DNA of 52,857 nucleotides from Eubacteriales bacterium (GTDB lineage Bacteria; Bacillota; Clostridia; Oscillospirales; CAG-272): NCBI GenBank assembly GCA_045531795.1, contig JAZSET010000092.1, positions 1 to 52,857 of the forward strand, read 5' to 3'. Shown piece by piece: positions 49,101 to 52,857 of this stretch (position 1 is its first letter; each line of letters starts with the position of its first letter). The notes under the pieces were generated by a model. It saw only the letters and a program-made list of their open reading frames with translations, ran no database searches and was not told where the DNA came from. The position numbers and the translations under genes were made by a program.

Positions 49101-49198
49101 ATACAATTTTGCCTTATCTTTTATATGTTGAAGAAGAACGGCAAAAGAACGTAGATTACTATGAAATTCAAAGGTTGATAGACCAGGAGATAATGTAA
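46115..49198 (+). CDS. Large HerA/VirB4/FtsK-like (DUF87-type) P-loop ATPase
   Basis: HCFITGSTGSGKS Walker A, IIVLEEAH Walker B, EMRTYG, DQSP, NTNTKI; ~460-aa N-terminal extension. Confidence 0.82.
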   Translation: MNTTLSVFEQNQHQMISDGLLAADRLINKSYLINLINSKVLPLDENKKTTSPIRLCKIEKLVFDKEENINDKLISVYSSLLNINSTALLIIKGNKEEVSFYIGVRSDTNAAVAELILEKSFLGNFAGSSLKRLRNTDIANVMNISSDNTSNSSKNISCVTVVPSMRDEDKKQFVQGIEKFIDTMQGECYTAVCIAQPLSKENLEIRKRSLEEMYSALSPYAKTTLTYGDNYSKAVTAGMSESFTQGINNSISTSNGINKSTSASNNTGLNVGIMGSGFNTGHSKSYTTGTSWTNSVTKGTSNSTSQSTNSSESETNGTSRTLSSEHQNKSVAILLEKIDQQLKRFKDCEGFGIWECASYFIADDVQTSVVAANTYKALMLGDNTSVENSYVNVWGPQANIEKDAVIEYIKYGIHPIFEIQSNHGYTSQIVTPGNYISGKELPLLVGIPHKSVAGIPIISTAEFGRNVFVQNSRQNSKKMRLGRVHHMGRTEFEPVELDLNSFTSHCFITGSTGSGKSNTVYCLLENFMHNNIPFLVIEPAKGEYKDEFGGVENINIFTTSPSVGRLLKLNPFSFNQNIHILEHLDRLIEIFNACWEMYAAMPAILKDAIEKIYINKGWDLLNSVYRGDGEPTFPTFDDLMQVLPQIINNSEYSADTKGDYVGALVTRVSSLTNGISGQIFCDCYDIPDTTLFDENTIIDLSRVGSSETKSLIMGILVLKLSEYRMATANSANSGLRHIIVLEEAHNLLKKSTHESAGSNVVGKSVEMICNSIAEMRTYGEGFIIVDQSPTAVDIAAIKNTNTKIVMRLPEKSDCDVAGNAVGLDENQMKELSRLETGVAVVMQNNWLQAVLTHIDAFSGSYYCKVPSVSYDSVRHLRGAAIRELMDQYIVERQMNLEKLHGVIDSIEIAPHKKQEMKCCLQQVFNRLDKGRDIDFFCETLLNVSGAKSLFDIIQSTVIKINDGEKDTYTVDSVKEWQERFYSGIKKYIDLPDEYVYTILPYLLYVEEERQKNVDYYEIQRLIDQEIM

Positions 49199-50787
49199 TG
49201 AATACTCTGAAAATAACATTGAATCCTTACAATACAACAAATTCTGTTTCTTTTAACGGTAGAACTGTATCACCCTTCAGTCAATTAAGCAATTTTGTAT
49301 CAAAGCCGCTGCTTGATTTTGCTGATAAGTTTTTTGATGCTGCCGAAAGAGAAATTAACGATGAGTATGCGTTGACCGTTGTCGGAGAAAGCTTTGATTT
49401 GCTGTTTTTGCAGGATATGTCAAAGTGCAGTGACCTTTGCAAAGATTGCTTGTCTGAAAATTTTAATTTTCAATCTTCCGTGGATAAACGATTTCGTGTG
49501 ATATCCACACTATGTTCTAAGTATTCGGTTTCTTGTGCGGTAGAAAACTTTGCAATTCCTGTGTTTGCAACAGATGAGGTTATGCAAGAAAATCCCCTGT
49601 TCCGCAAGACAGATTCGGAAAACGCATTTTTGGTTGTCACAAATGATAAATCTGCCGAAGAAATGCAGTTTAACAACAAAAATGAAGCTATTATATTAGC
49701 CATTTCCGACAAGAATGCCGTTTCTTACGTCGGGGATAAAAAATATATTTGGTATGTCGAAAAAGACCGCCTGGATGCTGTTGTACAAGCTATAACAGAA
49801 CGATTTGCAAAAATACCGTATATCGTTGAAGCGTCGAAAAAATTATTGCAATGTATGGCAATTACAGCCGAAGATAAGCAGCTTGTCGAGCTGGCAACTT
49901 CCATTGAGCCACTTGTGTGTATCGGTAATATAGGCAGAATTGAAGTCGGCGAATCATTGAATATTGAAGTTTCAACCATTCCTGCCGGTCAACCGCTTCC
50001 TAATATCAGGCTCGAATCAACCGATAGCATTGTCAATATTAATGGATTGCAAATAACCGGAGTATCTCCCGGCAACACACAATTAAGTATCTACATTGGT
50101 GATTCTATTGTCCCTCTTTGTAAAAGAAACGCAGAGGTATATCAGGACAAAACTACGAAAAAAATTATACTTGACCGAAAAGAGCCTCAGATGGGCATCG
50201 GCAGAACACAACAGATAGACTTAACACCTGTTCCTGCAGATGCAGAAGATGCAAGCTTTATAATATGGTCAGTTGATAATCCCGAAATCGCAAGTGTAAA
50301 TGATAACGGCGTTGTAACAACCAAAAAAGCCGGCAGAGCAACTGTTACCGCATCGACACAACACGTCAAAGAGTCTGTAATTATTGATGTTCTTCCGAAT
50401 ATCGAGCAAATGTATATATCAGAAACGAATGTAGAGCTGATATCGGGCGAAACTGCACCGATTTCTGCTACATATCCGCCCGGAAAATATTTTAACGATA
50501 CCTGTAAGTGGAAATCAAGTGATCCCGGAGTTGCCGTTGTGGATGTTTTACCAAACGGAACTTCAAGTATTCGAACGTTGGTGCCCGGCGAATGCGATAT
50601 AATCTACGAAGCCGAGGAAGGCGGCTGTAGTGTATCGTGCCACGTTGTTGTTATAGATCCGGAAGAAGCCAAAAGAAAGGAAGCCAAAAAGTTTGAAAAA
50701 ATAGACCTGTTATGTATGATTGGAATTCCGATTGCCATAATTATAACCGTTTCAATTTTGGCTGTATTACTCAGTCTATTCAAATGA
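49198..50787 (+). CDS. Protein with bacterial Ig-like (Big_2) repeats and a C-terminal TM
   Basis: WSVDNPEIASVNDNGVVT..KAGRATVTA and WKSSDPGVAVV; hydrophobic C-terminus; TAATG coupling to the ATPase. Confidence 0.72.
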   Translation: MNTLKITLNPYNTTNSVSFNGRTVSPFSQLSNFVSKPLLDFADKFFDAAEREINDEYALTVVGESFDLLFLQDMSKCSDLCKDCLSENFNFQSSVDKRFRVISTLCSKYSVSCAVENFAIPVFATDEVMQENPLFRKTDSENAFLVVTNDKSAEEMQFNNKNEAIILAISDKNAVSYVGDKKYIWYVEKDRLDAVVQAITERFAKIPYIVEASKKLLQCMAITAEDKQLVELATSIEPLVCIGNIGRIEVGESLNIEVSTIPAGQPLPNIRLESTDSIVNINGLQITGVSPGNTQLSIYIGDSIVPLCKRNAEVYQDKTTKKIILDRKEPQMGIGRTQQIDLTPVPADAEDASFIIWSVDNPEIASVNDNGVVTTKKAGRATVTASTQHVKESVIIDVLPNIEQMYISETNVELISGETAPISATYPPGKYFNDTCKWKSSDPGVAVVDVLPNGTSSIRTLVPGECDIIYEAEEGGCSVSCHVVVIDPEEAKRKEAKKFEKIDLLCMIGIPIAIIITVSILAVLLSLFK

Positions 50788-50832
50788 TTTACGACTGTTT
50801 ATTTAATCGAATTATAACAAGATGGTGAAAAT

Positions 50833-52857
50833 ATGGGTATAGAAAACAAAACAAAGGAAATTAACACGCCTGAGCAACCTCAGCAAAAAGAATTAAGCTC
50901 AAAACAAGAGAACCGCTCACTTTTTGCAAAGGATTTAGATCATAATAATAGTATATCAAAACCCGAAGCAAAAACGACGGCCCCAAAAACCGATATGCCT
51001 AACAAAAAGGCACCGGAGAAAAGTACATCAACCAACCGTGTTGTTAGGCCTGCCGAAGTCAAGGCTCCCGAAAGAAAGGTTAGCCCTCCGACAGATATAA
51101 AACAGGAGCAGCTCAATCAAAAAGCGGCACTTGATGCTAACAGAACAATAAGCGTTAAGAAACCGCCGGAAAGTTCCGTTAGCAAAACAGACAAGCAAAT
51201 TGAGAAAAACAATAAAGATATAAATAGCTTGTCTTATGAAGAGATACATAAAAAGCTTGAAACTCCCGAAGGAAGAGCCGAGCTTACCAAAATGAACTCA
51301 GACTTCAGAGAAGGATATGAGGCTGAAATTCGCGGAATGAGCCGTGAGGAATATCGAGATTTTAAAGAAAAAATCCAAAGCGAATCAGAGAAACAGCAGG
51401 AGTCGGGTGTTGATAAAAACACTCTTGAAGACAAAGAGCGTAAAGTTGATATAAGCAATGAAACTCGTGAAGTTTTAAATGATTTTCAGCAAGAAAAATG
51501 GGATAAGCTTTCTGTAAATGAAAAAGCAAAAACTATAGACAGGCTTCGAGATAGTATAGCAAAAGATTTGCAACTTGAAAATAAACCTGATATAGCATAC
51601 TATAATAGCAAAAATGATTGTGAATATGGCGGTTATGCAGCAAGCACTAATACAATATACATAAATCTCTCAAAGATCGATAATGCGGCAGAAACAGCAA
51701 ACACCATTGCGCATGAGTCAAAGCATTGTTCGCAACACGAACGAGCGGAAAATCCTAAGACTAAACAGGATTATAAGCTTAAAGAAAACATTGAAAATTA
51801 TATAGAGCCTGAAGTCAACTATGATAAATACGTAAATCAGCCTGCGGAAGTAGATGCACGAAAATATGCAGATATGATTGAAAACCAGATTCCTGACGAT
51901 TTGCAACACCAAGACGCCAAAACGGAATCTGACAGCAAAATAAAGGAATCTGAATACGATTTAGGAAATCCTCGTGCTCCGCCGGAAGACAACTATGAAT
52001 TTAAAACAGCGACAGAACTTCCGAGCGATATTGATTATAAGTTGGACTATAGTGCCATCGGTAAAACTATTCAAAATGGATATCAATTCAATAACATTTT
52101 GTATCAGGAGGTCTATTCTGATAAACGATTTTCTGCCAATGGTATTGTCAAAGAGGCAATGCTGTTATATGAAAACACATCTTGTAAAACAGATATCAAT
52201 GTTTGCAACAACCCAAAGGCGTTGATGATAAAAGAAGATAAGGACGGACAACGAGAAGTTAAAATTGCGTTTCATGGGTATCACGGACTCGACGAACACA
52301 AACCTATAAAAGGGTTCTTCAACGAAGACGGTAGTAGTAACATACCAGAAGGGGTATTTTACCGACAAGGGTCGGAGTATGGCAACAACTTGACAACAAA
52401 TATGCCAGATGGTAAAGTTCCTACGTTGGAGCAAATATCTGTACCATATGAGGACAATCCACATGCCAAGCATAAGTATCTTATTGATGTAGATGGATAT
52501 AAGGCTGCGGTAGATATTATTAAAGATGTTGATTTGAATAATCCTGATGATATTAAAAGTAGAGTTGATCGTCTCAATGCCTTAAAAGATTGTATGAACG
52601 ATAAACACGGCACAACAAAAGAAGATATCGACGCCTCCGATCTTATCAAAGCAAAAGTCTCATGGGATACTTTTAAGAATAGTGATGATTCTGAATTGTG
52701 CAGAAACAGCAAATGGGAAACAGATACAACTTATGGTGTAGTTGGAACAGTGGCGCCAATGCATATAGACAACGACCCAACGAAAGAAAAGTTATACGAA
52801 GGTGGCGCCCCCCAATTCAACACTGCAGGGGCTATAGTTAATTTTTTAAAACTGGGG
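50833..52857 (+). CDS. Partial (3' end outside window) polymorphic-toxin-like protein: disordered N-terminus, zincin metallopeptidase, TNT-like NADase
   Basis: Manual translation from ATG 50833 is open to the window end; HESKH at 51712-26 with YVNQPAEVDARKYA; RQGSEYG...EQISVPY...GTVAP...GGAPQF...IVNFLKLG. Confidence 0.75.
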   Translation, partial: MGIENKTKEINTPEQPQQKELSSKQENRSLFAKDLDHNNSISKPEAKTTAPKTDMPNKKAPEKSTSTNRVVRPAEVKAPERKVSPPTDIKQEQLNQKAALDANRTISVKKPPESSVSKTDKQIEKNNKDINSLSYEEIHKKLETPEGRAELTKMNSDFREGYEAEIRGMSREEYRDFKEKIQSESEKQQESGVDKNTLEDKERKVDISNETREVLNDFQQEKWDKLSVNEKAKTIDRLRDSIAKDLQLENKPDIAYYNSKNDCEYGGYAASTNTIYINLSKIDNAAETANTIAHESKHCSQHERAENPKTKQDYKLKENIENYIEPEVNYDKYVNQPAEVDARKYADMIENQIPDDLQHQDAKTESDSKIKESEYDLGNPRAPPEDNYEFKTATELPSDIDYKLDYSAIGKTIQNGYQFNNILYQEVYSDKRFSANGIVKEAMLLYENTSCKTDINVCNNPKALMIKEDKDGQREVKIAFHGYHGLDEHKPIKGFFNEDGSSNIPEGVFYRQGSEYGNNLTTNMPDGKVPTLEQISVPYEDNPHAKHKYLIDVDGYKAAVDIIKDVDLNNPDDIKSRVDRLNALKDCMNDKHGTTKEDIDASDLIKAKVSWDTFKNSDDSELCRNSKWETDTTYGVVGTVAPMHIDNDPTKEKLYEGGAPQFNTAGAIVNFLKLG

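Noticed and set aside
51028-52712. Short ORFs listed in the track for the last 2 kb
   Set aside because: They are shadows of the long frame starting at 50833, which the track omitted because it has no stop in the window.
1-52857. CRISPR array, tRNA or rRNA genes
   Set aside because: No regularly spaced repeats, cloverleaf or rRNA-like sequence seen by eye; a covariance scan would be more sensitive.

Overview
Low-GC Firmicute (Clostridia, probably Oscillospirales-like) chromosome segment. 1-38.5 kb is mostly core: a reduced dcw cluster (murE-murF-mraY-ftsW-murG-ftsQ-ftsZ, no ftsA), dacF-like, CofE-like ligase, and glmU-like/glmM followed by a clear glmS ribozyme that precedes mscS rather than glmS. 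It also holds an AraC-linked sugar oxidoreductase/isomerase unit, three paralogous beta-helix proteins with different anchors (SLH, none, dockerin), an SLH-SGNH protein, proX/trmO/typA, a class I LysRS with a tRNA-binding fusion, htrA with a two-component system, and ybaK. From about 38.5 kb an accessory island begins with a promoter/terminator-bounded structured RNA candidate and a long IS1595-family transposase. The highlight follows: a ~1.07 kb segment flanked by 26/27-identical inverted recombination sites, carrying its own tyrosine recombinase and an outward-facing sigma-A promoter. Inversion would point that promoter into an operon encoding a TerY-P triad (vWA, PP2C, membrane/LRR kinase), a HerA/VirB4-like ATPase, an Ig-domain membrane protein and a zincin+TNT-like toxin that is absent from the ORF track and runs off the window. 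This is a candidate phase-variable conflict system. All calls come from reading motifs by eye; no searches were run.
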